A stretch of DNA of 64,000 nt from Candidatus Versatilivorator sp. (GCA_965207735.1 OZ242296.1:2880001-2944000), one strand, 5' to 3'; numbered from the stretch's first letter, positions 28,388-38,770 are shown. Notes: generated from the sequence alone by a model not told the origin. Made by a program: numbers and translations.

Positions 28388-29644
28388 GTGCCCTTGCAAG
28401 GAAAGAGCCTCCTTTTCACTGCCGGGGTCCTGGCTGCAACCCTGCTGCTGGGGTTGTGGCTCCACTCGACCCGAACCCTCCAGGCCCCGGCGGACCACCG
28501 GGTCCATCTGCGCCTGGCTGCGCTCTACACCAGCCAGGCGATGGAGAACTACCAGGACCTGGTGGACGACTTCAACCGGCGGAATCCGGACGTGCTGGTG
28601 GAGTTGCAGGGCGTTCCCGGAAGCTACTACGACAAGCTGCTGGTGATGTTTGCCGGGCGCACCGCACCCGACGTGATGTGGATGGGCAAGGGAATGGCCC
28701 AGTTCGCCTCGCGGGGCGCCTTTCTGGACGTGGAGGACGAGTTCCGGATCCCCCCGGGCGACTTCTACGAGTCGGTCCTGGACTGCTACCGTTTCAACGG
28801 CCGCCTGATGGGGTTTCCCCTGGGGGCCGATTTTGCCGTTATTGTCTACAATCTGGACCTGTTCGAGCAGGCCGGCCTGCCGCCACCCGCTCCGGACTGG
28901 ACCCTGGAGGATTTCCGGCAGGCGGCCAGGAAGCTGACGGTTCGCGAGGGAGGCCAGGTCCGGCAGTGGGGCTTTTACGGTGAGATCGATCCGGGAGTCT
29001 TCGGGGCCGAGTACCTCAGTCCCGACATGTCGGAGGAACGCATCGACCGGCCGGGGTGGAGGAGCTACCTCGACTTTCACCTGAAGCTGATCTTCGAGGA
29101 CGGTTCCATGCCCTCCCGCCTGGAGATCCCGGGAGCCGGAATCCTGACCAGGCGTCAGGCCTTCTACCGGGGGCAGGCGGCCATGATCTCCGACGGATTC
29201 CACTTCCGGACCATGCGGGAAGAGATTTCGGATTTCCGCTGGGACATTGCGCCCGTGCCCTTGGGGGCTCAACGGGCCTGCGCTTCCAGCACCCAGGGCT
29301 TTGCCGTCTCCCGCCACACCCCCCACCGAGCCGAGGCGGTGCGCCTGCTCAAGTACCTGGTGGCTCCCGAGAGTCAGCGGAGCCTGGGGGGCATTCTGGT
29401 TCCCTCCCATCGGGAAACCGCCCGCCAGGTGATCGAAGACATGCTCAGCCCGCCGCACAACCGCCAGGTCATCCTGGACAGCATGGAGACCCTCAACCCC
29501 TTTCCCCGACATCCCAAGATCAACGAGCTGCAGCAGGCTCTGGCAGAGACCACGCGGCTGGTCCTGACCCGACAGCAGAGCCCCGAGGCCGGGCTGCGGG
29601 AGTGCGCCCGGCAGTTCCGGGAGATCCTGGGGAGGACCCACTGA
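28388..29644 (+). CDS. Carbohydrate ABC transporter substrate-binding protein
   Basis: N-terminal anchor, YYDKL..MFAG.TAPDV, VYNLDLFEQAGL..P...WT. Confidence 0.9.
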   Translation: MPLQGKSLLFTAGVLAATLLLGLWLHSTRTLQAPADHRVHLRLAALYTSQAMENYQDLVDDFNRRNPDVLVELQGVPGSYYDKLLVMFAGRTAPDVMWMGKGMAQFASRGAFLDVEDEFRIPPGDFYESVLDCYRFNGRLMGFPLGADFAVIVYNLDLFEQAGLPPPAPDWTLEDFRQAARKLTVREGGQVRQWGFYGEIDPGVFGAEYLSPDMSEERIDRPGWRSYLDFHLKLIFEDGSMPSRLEIPGAGILTRRQAFYRGQAAMISDGFHFRTMREEISDFRWDIAPVPLGAQRACASSTQGFAVSRHTPHRAEAVRLLKYLVAPESQRSLGGILVPSHRETARQVIEDMLSPPHNRQVILDSMETLNPFPRHPKINELQQALAETTRLVLTRQQSPEAGLRECARQFREILGRTH

Positions 29645-30567
29645 TGAGATCGCGGGCCCTCGGCATCGCCGCCCTGTTCCTGCTGCCCAACCTGCTGGGG
29701 TTTCTGGCCTTCACCCTCTTTCCGGTGGTGGCTTCCTTCGCCTTGAGCTTTTGCCGCTGGGACCCGGTGGCCGAGGCGGTCAGCGCCATAGAACCGGTCG
29801 GACTCCGCAACTACCTGGACCTGCTCGGCTTCCACGGCCGGACCGACCCCGGGGGGCAGACTGCCTGGGCCGCCAACACCCCCCGCTTCTGGGAATCGCT
29901 CTACAACACCGTCTTCATGATGCTGGCCATCCCCTTCAATATGGCGGCCTCGCTGCTGCTGGCGGTCCTGCTGAACCGGAAGATGCGGGGCATGGCGATC
30001 TTTCGCACCGCCTTCTTTCTGCCCTCCATCACCGCGGGAGTAGGCACCATGCTCCTCTGGATGTGGATGTTCAACAAGGACATGGGCAGCATCAACCAGG
30101 TGCTGGCCTGGGTGGGCATCCAGGGGCCCGACTGGCTGCAGAGCTACTTCTGGGCCAAGCCGGCCCTGATGCTGATGGCGAGTTGGGCCAGCATCGGCGG
30201 CGTCAACATGATCCTCTACCTGGCCGGGCTGCAGCAGATCCCCCGGGAGCTGCACGAGGCGGCCGCCCTGGACGGCGCCGGCCGCTGGCGGCAGCTGCGC
30301 CACGTGACCGTGCCCATGCTCATGCCGGTGACTTTCTTCATCTTCATCATCTCCATCATCTCCGGCCTGGAAGGGGGGTTCGACGCCCCCTACGTCATGA
30401 CCGGCGGCAGCTTCGGGACCACCACCGTCAGCCTCTACCTCTACCGGCAGGGGTTCGAGTTCTTTCGCATGGGCTACGCTTCCGCGGTGGCCTGGGTCCT
30501 CTTTCTGATTGTCTTCCTGTTGACCATGATCAACTGGCGCCTGGCCGAGAAACGGGTGGAGTACTGA
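29644..30567 (+). CDS. Carbohydrate ABC transporter permease
   Basis: LAGLQQIPRELHEAAALDGAG EAA loop; ATG overlaps the upstream TGA. Confidence 0.92.
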   Translation: MRSRALGIAALFLLPNLLGFLAFTLFPVVASFALSFCRWDPVAEAVSAIEPVGLRNYLDLLGFHGRTDPGGQTAWAANTPRFWESLYNTVFMMLAIPFNMAASLLLAVLLNRKMRGMAIFRTAFFLPSITAGVGTMLLWMWMFNKDMGSINQVLAWVGIQGPDWLQSYFWAKPALMLMASWASIGGVNMILYLAGLQQIPRELHEAAALDGAGRWRQLRHVTVPMLMPVTFFIFIISIISGLEGGFDAPYVMTGGSFGTTTVSLYLYRQGFEFFRMGYASAVAWVLFLIVFLLTMINWRLAEKRVEY

Positions 30568-31472
30568 TGGGCAGCCAGTTCAACCGAAGTCGCCTGGTGG
30601 TTTTCGGCCTGCTTCTGGTGCTGGCCGCCTCCATGCTGTTCCCCTTCTACTGGATGGCGATCACCTCCCTGAAGGGGAAGGCGGACGTTTTCTCCACCGA
30701 GCCCAAGCTGCTTCCCGGAAGGCAACTGGCCGAACGGGTGGTGGACGATCCCCGCTGGTTCTTCCATGCCGGGACCGACAACTACAGCCAGTTGCTGGCC
30801 TGGCAGCGCCTGGTGGAATCCGGGCGCGGTCCGCGGGGCTTCAGCCGCTTCGTCCTCAATACGGTCTTCTTCGCCCTGGCCATCACCCTGGGTCAGGTGA
30901 TCACCAGCAGCCTGGCCGCCTTCGCCTTCGCCCGGCTCCGATTCCCCGGCCGCAAACAGATCTTCTTCTCTTACCTAGCCACCCTGATGATTCCCGCCAC
31001 GGTCACCATGATTCCGTCCTATATCCTGCTGCGGGAGCTGGGCTGGGTGAATACCTACCAGGCGGTCATCCTGCCCTCGATCTTCACCGCCTACGGCACC
31101 TTCATGCTGAGGCAGTTCTTCCTGACCATTCCCAGGGAGATCGAGGATGCCGCCCGCATTGACGGCTGCAGCCCGCTGGGCCTCTACTGGCGCATCGCCC
31201 TGCCGCTCTCCACCCCGGCACTGGCCGCCTTGTCCATCGTGGCTTTCGTGGGCTCCTGGAGAACCTTCATGTGGCCGCTGATCGTCAGCAGCTCGGAGGA
31301 TCTCTTCAATCTGCCCCTGGGGCTGACCCTTTTCCGGGGGATGTACACCGATCCGGACTGGCCCTTGCTGATGGCGGGGTCCATGGTCATGACCCTTCCC
31401 TTGATCCTGGTCTTCATCGCGGGCCAGCGCTACTTCGTGGAGGGCATCCGCCTGGGCGCCGTGAAGGGCTGA
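30567..31472 (+). CDS. Carbohydrate ABC transporter permease
   Basis: FFLTIPREIEDAARIDGC EAA loop; QRYFVEGI..GAVKG C-terminus. Confidence 0.92.
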   Translation: MGSQFNRSRLVVFGLLLVLAASMLFPFYWMAITSLKGKADVFSTEPKLLPGRQLAERVVDDPRWFFHAGTDNYSQLLAWQRLVESGRGPRGFSRFVLNTVFFALAITLGQVITSSLAAFAFARLRFPGRKQIFFSYLATLMIPATVTMIPSYILLRELGWVNTYQAVILPSIFTAYGTFMLRQFFLTIPREIEDAARIDGCSPLGLYWRIALPLSTPALAALSIVAFVGSWRTFMWPLIVSSSEDLFNLPLGLTLFRGMYTDPDWPLLMAGSMVMTLPLILVFIAGQRYFVEGIRLGAVKG

Positions 31473-31494
31473 CCGCAATCCCCGACGAAAAACC

Positions 31495-32535
31495 ATGGCA
31501 GGCAGCAACCGACAGGACAGAGACCGCTGGTTGAGGCGCCGCCGCCAGTTGACCGGCCGCTACCGCCGGTGCCTGGGCATCGGCCCGGAGCGGTGCGACC
31601 TTCAGGCCGAGATCGTCCAGGAGGCGTCCGGGAAGGATTGCGTGGCCCAGTGGCTGCGGTTCTCCAGCGAGCCCGGCGAGCGCGTCCCGGGCCTGCTGGT
31701 CCGGCCGGCGGGCGCCCGCAAGCCGCCGCCGTTGATCCTGGTGCTTCCGGGGGGACATCGAACCAAGGACCTGGCGATCTTCGGCCACGAGCAGTGGCCG
31801 CTGCCCTTCGCCGTCGAGTCTCCCCACCATCGGTTTCCGGTGGAGAAGCTGGGTAACTACGAGCCCCTTCCCCTCACCAGGCTCCTCGCTCAGGGGTTTG
31901 CCCTCATGAGCATCGACTGCCGCGTCTTCGGAGCCCGGGCCGGCCCGCGCCCGGACAGCGCCGCCGACCGGGCCGCCTTCACCGCGGCTTCCCACTCCCA
32001 GTACCACTGGCTGATGCGCCGGGCCCTCATCGATGGCCGCAGCGTAGCCGCCATGGAGGTCTGGGACGTGATCCGAACCCTGGACTACCTGGAAACGCGC
32101 GACGACATCGATCCGAAGCGGGTGGGGGTCATGGGATGGTCGATGGGCGGCAACCTGGCCTGGCAGACCGCCATCGCCGAACCCCGGATCAAGGCCGTCT
32201 GCACCGGAAGCTGCCTGATCACCTTCGAAGCGGCCCTGGAGCATGAGCGGGACGCGGGCTGGTATGCCTGGATTCCGGGCGTTCGCCGCTGGACCTCGCG
32301 GCAGGAGTTGTTCAGCCTGATGGCTCCCCGCCCTCTGCTGGCCTTCGAGGGAGACAGCGACTTTCCCCGGGAAGGGGTCCAACCCATGCTGGATGAGGCC
32401 AGGGAAAAGTACGCCCTGCTGGACGCCGGCGATCGCTTCCGCTCCGTGTGGTACTCTGGGGGCCATGGGGCCTACCTGCGGGACCCGGCCACGCTGGAGG
32501 AGATCGGCGGCTGGTTCGCACGCCACTTGAGATGA
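31495..32535 (+). CDS. Alpha/beta hydrolase (acetylxylan esterase/dienelactone hydrolase-like)
   Basis: DYLETRDDIDPKRVGVMGWSMGG nucleophile elbow; APRPLL...D...GGH. Confidence 0.85.
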   Translation: MAGSNRQDRDRWLRRRRQLTGRYRRCLGIGPERCDLQAEIVQEASGKDCVAQWLRFSSEPGERVPGLLVRPAGARKPPPLILVLPGGHRTKDLAIFGHEQWPLPFAVESPHHRFPVEKLGNYEPLPLTRLLAQGFALMSIDCRVFGARAGPRPDSAADRAAFTAASHSQYHWLMRRALIDGRSVAAMEVWDVIRTLDYLETRDDIDPKRVGVMGWSMGGNLAWQTAIAEPRIKAVCTGSCLITFEAALEHERDAGWYAWIPGVRRWTSRQELFSLMAPRPLLAFEGDSDFPREGVQPMLDEAREKYALLDAGDRFRSVWYSGGHGAYLRDPATLEEIGGWFARHLR

Positions 32536-32548
32536 GGGCCAAGGTGCC

Positions 32549-33982
32549 ATGACCCGGCTTCTTTTCTTCGACGACACCCAGCTTCTGGAGAAGCAGGGCC
32601 TGGAGCGCCGCCTGGGACGGCCCGACCCGGTTGCCGAGGCCACCTTCCAGGTGCCGGGGATCGACCTCGGATTTGCCTATCCCACCGTCTTTCCCTGCCG
32701 CGAAGCCGGGGGATGGCGCATGCTCTATCAGTCCCTGAGCGGCCTTCAGAGCGACAAGGACCCGAACCATTTCGTGCCTACGGTGGCGGATTCGAGTGAC
32801 GGTGTCCACTGGCGGGTCCCCGACCTGGCGGCCTCGGCGCCGCTGGCGGACCGGCTGCTGCCCAACCAGGTGGGGGCGGCGCCCCTGAACCGCTTCGGCG
32901 AATGGGGGCCCTCCTATTACGACCACCGCGCCCCTGATCCTGGACAGCGAATCAAGGGGTTTGTCTGCAAGGGTCACGGACCCGGCACCGGCAAGAAGGA
33001 CTCCTGGATCGTGACCTCCCCCGACGGGCTGACCTGGAACGATGCGGAGGGGACCCTCTGGCATCCCTACGGCAGCGACCCCTCTGTCTGCGCCTTCTGG
33101 AACCGCTACCGCGACAGCTACGTGCTGGCCATCCGTCCCAAGAACGGCGACCGGCGCATCGCCCTGATGGAAACCCCGAACTGGGAGGAGTTCTCCCCTG
33201 TCGAGCTGGCCCTGTCCCCCGACGGACTGGACCCCGACCTGGCCGAGCTCTACGGGATGCCCACCTTCCCCTACGCCAACCTCTTCATCGGGTTGCTCTG
33301 GATCTACCGGACCCCGGCGCGGACCGCCCAGCACGGCAAGTTCCTGGGGGGACGGATCGACTGCCAGTTGGCCTACAGCTACGACGGCTGGCACTTCCAG
33401 CGAGGTCCGAGGGAGCCCTTCCTGGCCAATGCCGCCCCGGGCCGGATCGGAGCGGGCTGCCTCCTGCCCTGCAGCCTGATTGTGACCGAGAGCGAGATCC
33501 GCCTCTATTCCTGCGCCAGCGCCCAGGAGCATGCCATCTTCGGAGAGCAATCCCCCCAACGGTCGGCCATCCTGATGCACCGTCTGCGGCCGGATGGATT
33601 CGTCTACCTGGAAGCCGCCTCCGGGTGGGGCCGGATGAAGACCCGGGCCCTGCTGGTGCAGGGGGACCAGCTCAGCTTCAACGTGCAGGCGCCCGGCGGC
33701 CAACTGCTGGTGGGAATCACCGACGCCGACGGCAATCCCATCCCCGGCTACGGCCTGGAGGATTGCAGCCCCTGCAGCGGCGACAGCACTGCCTGGGTTC
33801 CCCGATGGAAAGACAACGCCCGTTTCGGTAGTCTTAAGGGCCGGGCGGTTCAGTTGGAACTGGAACTCAGCGGAGGGCGGCTCTACGCCGTCGGCGGCGA
33901 TTTTCAGATGCTGTCGGCCAAGGAGGGGATGCGCTACATGAGGTTCGGCACACCCCCCGACCCGAGCGGCTGGGGGCCCTGA
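32549..33982 (+). CDS. Glycoside hydrolase-like beta-propeller protein (GH32/43/130 clan-like)
   Basis: Repeated S.DG..W blades (SSDGVHW, SPDGLTW, SYDGWHF), LRPDGFV, C-terminal beta-sandwich. Confidence 0.7.
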   Translation: MTRLLFFDDTQLLEKQGLERRLGRPDPVAEATFQVPGIDLGFAYPTVFPCREAGGWRMLYQSLSGLQSDKDPNHFVPTVADSSDGVHWRVPDLAASAPLADRLLPNQVGAAPLNRFGEWGPSYYDHRAPDPGQRIKGFVCKGHGPGTGKKDSWIVTSPDGLTWNDAEGTLWHPYGSDPSVCAFWNRYRDSYVLAIRPKNGDRRIALMETPNWEEFSPVELALSPDGLDPDLAELYGMPTFPYANLFIGLLWIYRTPARTAQHGKFLGGRIDCQLAYSYDGWHFQRGPREPFLANAAPGRIGAGCLLPCSLIVTESEIRLYSCASAQEHAIFGEQSPQRSAILMHRLRPDGFVYLEAASGWGRMKTRALLVQGDQLSFNVQAPGGQLLVGITDADGNPIPGYGLEDCSPCSGDSTAWVPRWKDNARFGSLKGRAVQLELELSGGRLYAVGGDFQMLSAKEGMRYMRFGTPPDPSGWGP

Positions 33983-34019
33983 TGGGATTGCACCACCTTG
34001 TCTCGAAGCGGCCGGGCTT

Positions 34020-34513
34020 GCCTGAAACAAACGACAAGAGACAAAAGAAAAAGACTTATCCACAAAGGGGCACGAAGAACGACGAAGGGCCACTAAGGCG
34101 CTGAGGTTGACCGCGACGGGGTACCAAGGTCGCGAAAGGATTGATCGATTTCTGATTGTTTTGCTCTCGTATGATCCGCCCGGCAGGGCGGGGGCGACAC
34201 TTGTTAGCACTTGATAATCCCCGGGCGAACGCCCGGGCGACCCATCGAGCCGCGGAGCGGCGGCAGCAGGTAGCCGTGGGCGTGAGCCCATGGATAGGGG
34301 TAGCTCCACGTCGAGCCGCGTAGGCGGCGGCAGCAAATGCCGGTGAGCCCAAGTGAAGCCCAAGCCGACGCAATGCTGTTTATCCTGTTTATCCTGTGCA
34401 TCCATGTTCAATAAATAGAAAACCGGGTAAGCACGACATGGCCCTTGTTCCCGACAGGCCATGAAGATGCGTTGTTTCACTCTCGTATGATCCGCCCGTT
34501 AGGCCGAGGCGAC
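34020..34513. repeat. Composite intergenic repeat cluster: family C (CACGAAG-type), family B REP, ATCCTG repeats, and a diverged ~43-bp direct repeat
   Basis: Family B at 34246-34340 matches 58498, 60775 and 62655. CTCTCGTATGATCCGCCCG is identical at 34164 and 34480. The atccac(g/a)aagg motif is shared with ~36700 and ~40100. Confidence 0.75.
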
Positions 34514-34544
34514 CTTCTCTGAGCCACTTGTCCGGGAAGAGGCC

Positions 34545-35432
34545 ATGACTTCACAACCACAGGCACCCACCTCCGACCGGGAACCCTTGCGCCTGATGGT
34601 GGTGGTGGCCCATCCCCACGATTTCACCCACTGCGCCGGAACCTGCGGCATTCACAGCTCCCGGAGCGACGCCGTGACCGTGGTGACTCTGACCAACGGG
34701 GCCACCAAGCACAACGAACGCCTCTACGACGAGCTGATCAAGCCCGCCGCCGAGCGCGACCCCCGGATCGTCAACCAGACCCGGGAGGACTACGCCCGGG
34801 AAAAACTGCGGGAGTTCCGCGCCGTCTGCCGCCTCTTCGGCGTCAGCGACGTGCGGGTGCACGGGTTTCCGGAGCCCTACCGCATGGAACGCACGCTCGA
34901 ATCGGTGGAAACCCTCAAGCAGATCATCCTGGAGGTGAGGCCCGACGTGATGATCTCCCACCGGCGCTACCTGCGGGGGCGCAGCGGCATGGTGTCGGCC
35001 TCGCGCAACGAGCACGACGAAGCCGGCTTCGCCACCCACGAAGCCATGCACCTGGCCTCCCTGCCCGACCCCTCCAGCCCGATCCCTCCCCACACCGTGG
35101 CCCTGACCTACTACCTGGGGGTCTTCTTCGAAACCGACGAGATCGACTTCTACGTGGATATCAGCCAGTGGGCCGAAAAGCGGGTCGAGGCCGAGGTTCT
35201 GTTCGCCACCCAGGGTCACACCGAGGCCTTTGCCCGCAAGCGCATCGAGATTAGTGCAGGCAGGTCCGGTTGGAACTGTGGGACGCAGTATGCCGAGGGA
35301 TTCGTCCGCCGCGATCCCGACCTGTTCGACCAGCTTCCGGTTCCGGACCGAGCCCTGCAGAAGGCCAGAGGCAAGCGCATGGACCATTTGCGCCGGATTT
35401 CGGGAGAGCTGCCCGGGCCTTCCAAATCCTGA
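34545..35432 (+). CDS. PIG-L/LmbE-family deacetylase
   Basis: VVVAHPHD, EVRPDVMISH, EHD, YVDIS, YAEGF. Confidence 0.85.
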   Translation: MTSQPQAPTSDREPLRLMVVVAHPHDFTHCAGTCGIHSSRSDAVTVVTLTNGATKHNERLYDELIKPAAERDPRIVNQTREDYAREKLREFRAVCRLFGVSDVRVHGFPEPYRMERTLESVETLKQIILEVRPDVMISHRRYLRGRSGMVSASRNEHDEAGFATHEAMHLASLPDPSSPIPPHTVALTYYLGVFFETDEIDFYVDISQWAEKRVEAEVLFATQGHTEAFARKRIEISAGRSGWNCGTQYAEGFVRRDPDLFDQLPVPDRALQKARGKRMDHLRRISGELPGPSKS

Positions 35433-35493
35433 GGCGCGCCCCGCGTTCAATCCTTAACCGTCTCCTATTTACCCATTCAGGAGGACCGAGACC

Positions 35494-36654
35494 ATGAGAA
35501 TCACCAACGTCACACCTTACGTGATTAGGCCCCGCTATCCGGACAATGCCGGAGCCTTCGAGGGGGACTGGACCTTCGTGCGCATCGACACCGATGAAGG
35601 CGTCCACGGCTGGGGCGAGGCCAGCAACTCTCCCGGGGGCGGCTGCTTCCTGAGCGCCCGAACCATCGAGCTGCTGCGCCAGAGCCTGGTGGGGAAGGAC
35701 CCGTTTCAGAGCGAGCAGATGTGGCAGCAGAACTACCGGCGTTTCACCTACCTGGGAGCGCGCGGTCTGCCGACGGTGGCCCTGAGCGGCGTGGACATGG
35801 CCCTTTGGGATATCAAGGGGAAGGCCCTGGGCCTGCCGGTCTACGACCTGCTGGGCGGCAAGCTGCGGGACAGCATTCGGCTCTACGCCAATGGATGGTT
35901 CTTCGGCTGCCAGACCCCCGAGCAGTACGGCGCGGCCGCCAGGACCACCGTCGAGGCCGGCCACGAGGCCCTCAAGCTGGACCCCTTCCTGGAGATGCAG
36001 CCCTTCCACACCGCCTATCTCGACGGCCAGATTTCAGCCGAGGGGGAAGAACTGGGCTGCAACATCGTGGAGGCGGTTCGGGAAGCCGTCGGCGAAAAGG
36101 TGGAAATACTGATCGACGCCCACGGCCACTACAACGTGCCGACCGCCATCCGCCTGGCCAACCGCCTCTACGAGGAGTCGCAGATCGCCTGGTTCGAGGA
36201 GCCGGTGCCCCCGGAAAGCATCGATGCCTTGCGGGCCGTGCGGGAGCACGTGACGCCTTCCATCTGCGTGGGGGAGCGCCTCTTCACCCGCTTCGACTTC
36301 CTGCCCATCCTGCAGCAGGGGCTGGCCGACTATCTCATGCCGGACGTGCTCTGGACCGGGGGCATCACCGAGCTGCGCAAGATCGCCAGCATGGCCGAAG
36401 CCTATTACGTCCCCATGAGCCCCCACAACGCCATGGGACCCCTGCAGATCGTAGCCGGCTCCCACGTGATGATGAACACGCCCAACTTCTACCGGCTGGA
36501 GCACAGCACTTCCTTCATCGAAGCCTACAACCGGTTGACCACCGAGCCCATGAACTTCCACGGCGGTGAGTTCAGCCTGAGCGGAAGACCCGGCCTGGGC
36601 GTGGATTTCGACATGGAAGCCCTCCGCTCCCATCTGCACCCGGAGTGGAAGTAA
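35494..36654 (+). CDS. Mandelate racemase/galactonate dehydratase-like enolase-superfamily enzyme
   Basis: GWGE, DMALWDIKGKALGLPVY.LLGG, KLDP, DAHG, FEEP, GER, PHN. Confidence 0.92.
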   Translation: MRITNVTPYVIRPRYPDNAGAFEGDWTFVRIDTDEGVHGWGEASNSPGGGCFLSARTIELLRQSLVGKDPFQSEQMWQQNYRRFTYLGARGLPTVALSGVDMALWDIKGKALGLPVYDLLGGKLRDSIRLYANGWFFGCQTPEQYGAAARTTVEAGHEALKLDPFLEMQPFHTAYLDGQISAEGEELGCNIVEAVREAVGEKVEILIDAHGHYNVPTAIRLANRLYEESQIAWFEEPVPPESIDALRAVREHVTPSICVGERLFTRFDFLPILQQGLADYLMPDVLWTGGITELRKIASMAEAYYVPMSPHNAMGPLQIVAGSHVMMNTPNFYRLEHSTSFIEAYNRLTTEPMNFHGGEFSLSGRPGLGVDFDMEALRSHLHPEWK

Positions 36655-36799
36655 GGCCGTTGGAGGAGCTTCCCACGAGGTGCACAACGGAAAAGAGATA
36701 TCCACGAAGGGACACGAAGGACGACCAAGGGGTTGGAGAAGGCTCAAGAGGAGTCTGGATCCACCCGGGAGCGCGGGCGTCCCGCCCGCATCCGCTCCC

Positions 36800-36883
36800 T
36801 ATCCCGGCTTCAATGAAGACAACCCCAGCGCAGCCGCGGCACGGTTGAGCTTACGGTCAAAACAGGCAGACGTAGAGGATCAT
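36800..36883 (-). pseudogene. Internally deleted VapC/PIN toxin
   Basis: ATG overlapping the antitoxin stop gives MILY, joined almost directly (other frame) to CFDRKLNRAAAALGL, a typical PIN C-terminus. Confidence 0.7.
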
Positions 36884-37143
36884 CCCCGGTCTTCCAGCAC
36901 ACTCTCCGCGATGGACTTGCCGCGGATTTCCGGGCAGAGGGTGCCGCCCCGAGGCTTATTACCGTTCCAGTGGACTCGGTCAAGCTGCAGCAGACGTCCA
37001 AGGCCTCCATCCTCGATTTCCGGGATGGGCAGTAGCCTCGCCACAGGAGTCCTGTGAGAAGTCACGACCACAGGTTCGCCCTGACGCACCAACTTGAGGT
37101 ACTTGGAAAGGTTGTTCTTGAGTTCTCGAACCGACACTTGCAT
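36880..37143 (-). CDS. Phd/YefM-family antitoxin
   Basis: MQVSVRELKNNLSKYLKLVRQGEPVVVTSHRTPVARLLP; GGAGAA SD. Confidence 0.88.
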   Translation of the reverse strand: MQVSVRELKNNLSKYLKLVRQGEPVVVTSHRTPVARLLPIPEIEDGGLGRLLQLDRVHWNGNKPRGGTLCPEIRGKSIAESVLEDRG

Positions 37144-37657
37144 GGCTTCTCCAAAAAAGTAGCTGCAAACAAGTTCCGCCCCCGCCCCCGGGACACGGAC
37201 CGGATCATTTGAGGAAGAAACTGCCGATCGTTTTTGAAGACGAACCACCAATGAACACGAATGGGGATGGACCCCCTTCAATGACCAACGGCGCCCGAAT
37301 GCTGCTGCGATTTCGTGACCTTGATATCACGACGTCATGGGAGGATGCCCACCCGGGAGCGCGGGCGTCCCGCCCGCACAACACTGGCAAAGGCTCGCCC
37401 ATCTCCTCGACCCGGCTCGACCGGCAAAGACGCCCGGGCTCTGCTTGGGCCGGGCCCATGCGGTTCCCACCGCCAGGGTGGACGGGTGCGCCATCGCAGG
37501 GAAACTGAGCGGCAACCCAAGGGAGAGGATGCGGGCGGGACGCCCGCGCTCCCGGGTGGACTCCAGGATATATAATCTGCCTCTCCCGAGACCCCTGTAA
37601 AGCGGCAACAACGGCGTTCATGGTCGGAGCCAGTCCGTCGCTGGAAAAGAAGGATCC

Positions 37658-38683
37658 ATGACTTCGCCACATCCTCACCCCCGCTGCCTGCAACCCGGAC
37701 CGCACAACCGTGTGACCGACGTCGATGGGTTTCTCGTCGGCAATGCCTCCGACGCCGCCCTCAAATCCGGGACGACCGTATTTACTGCGGAGCAACCCTT
37801 CACGGCGGCGGTGCACGTCATGGGCGGAGCCCCTGGAACCAGGGAGACCGATCTGCTGGCGCCGGACCGTCTGGTGCAGAATGTGGATGCGTTGGTCTTG
37901 TCCGGGGGGTCGGCTTTCGGTCTGGATGCGGCCTCCGGCGTCACGGACGCCTTGGCGGAAAGCGGACGCGGATTTCCCGTGGGCGCCGCCCGGGTTCCGA
38001 TTGTGCCGGCCGCCATCCTGTTCGACCTGCTCAACGGCGGGGACAAGAACTGGAAGGAGAATCCCTACCGAGGGCTTGGCCGGCGGGCGCTGAAGAACGC
38101 CGGGGAAGAGTTTGACCTCGGGACAGCCGGGGCCGGCGCCGGAGCAACCACCGCCAATCTCAAGGGAGGCCTTGGTTCGGCTTCCCTGCAACTCGGGAAC
38201 GGAATCACGGTCGGAGCGCTGGTCGCGGCAAACCCGGTCGGCTCGGTCACCATCCCAGGAAGCTGCAAGTTCTGGGCAGCCCCCTTTGAAATCGGCGATG
38301 AGTTCGGGCAGGCGGGTCTCCCCGAGGAGGCACCCGATCTCAAGGCAACGTTCCTGGGAAAACACACGGCCCTGGCGCCCGGAGCAAACACCACCATCGC
38401 CGTTGTCGCAACCGATGCGGACCTCACCCGGAGCCAGGCGCAGCGCATGGCCATCGCGGCCCACGATGGGTTGGCCAGAGCCATTGTTCCGTCGCACACG
38501 CCTTTCGACGGCGACCTGGTGTTCGCCGCGGCCAGCGGAACCGCAAAGCATGCGGTAGAGGACACTGACATGGCCGCCATTTGCCACGCCGCCTCGCTCT
38601 GCCTCGCCAGGGCAATCGCCCGCGGCATTCGTTATGCGACTCCCGAACCGGGAGACCTCCTTCCCTGTTGGCCCGGGTCCTGA
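37658..38683 (+). CDS. P1/S58 (DmpA-like) peptidase
   Basis: TDVDGFLVG, GGAPGTRETDLL, LSGGSAFGLDAA, NTTIAVVATDA, HTPFDGDLVF. Confidence 0.9.
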   Translation: MTSPHPHPRCLQPGPHNRVTDVDGFLVGNASDAALKSGTTVFTAEQPFTAAVHVMGGAPGTRETDLLAPDRLVQNVDALVLSGGSAFGLDAASGVTDALAESGRGFPVGAARVPIVPAAILFDLLNGGDKNWKENPYRGLGRRALKNAGEEFDLGTAGAGAGATTANLKGGLGSASLQLGNGITVGALVAANPVGSVTIPGSCKFWAAPFEIGDEFGQAGLPEEAPDLKATFLGKHTALAPGANTTIAVVATDADLTRSQAQRMAIAAHDGLARAIVPSHTPFDGDLVFAAASGTAKHAVEDTDMAAICHAASLCLARAIARGIRYATPEPGDLLPCWPGS

Positions 38684-38770
38684 TTCAATCCAGTATCCAG
38701 ACTCCCCTGCACCACCCGCTCTCGAAAAAAACTTGACTATAATTGATTAGTAGTGCTAACTATATAAACC

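Larger units (their letters stand above)
36764..37556. repeat. Three family A REPs (36764 forward, 37352 forward, 37530 reverse) enclosing the TA remnant and a ~200-bp REPIN/MITE-like unit
   Basis: Exact 27-mers; 37385-37556 aligns with the reverse complement of 40211-40385. Confidence 0.85.

Noticed and set aside
28388-31472. ABC operon lacking an ATPase
   Set aside because: Common for carbohydrate (CUT1) transporters that share an MsiK/MsmX-type ATPase encoded elsewhere.
32312-34480. Long antisense or alternative-frame ORFs (e.g. 722 aa here, 710 aa at 58077-60209, 456 aa at 28271-29641, 414 aa at 5542-6786)
   Set aside because: Shadow ORFs expected from high GC3 in real genes; no motifs and biased composition.
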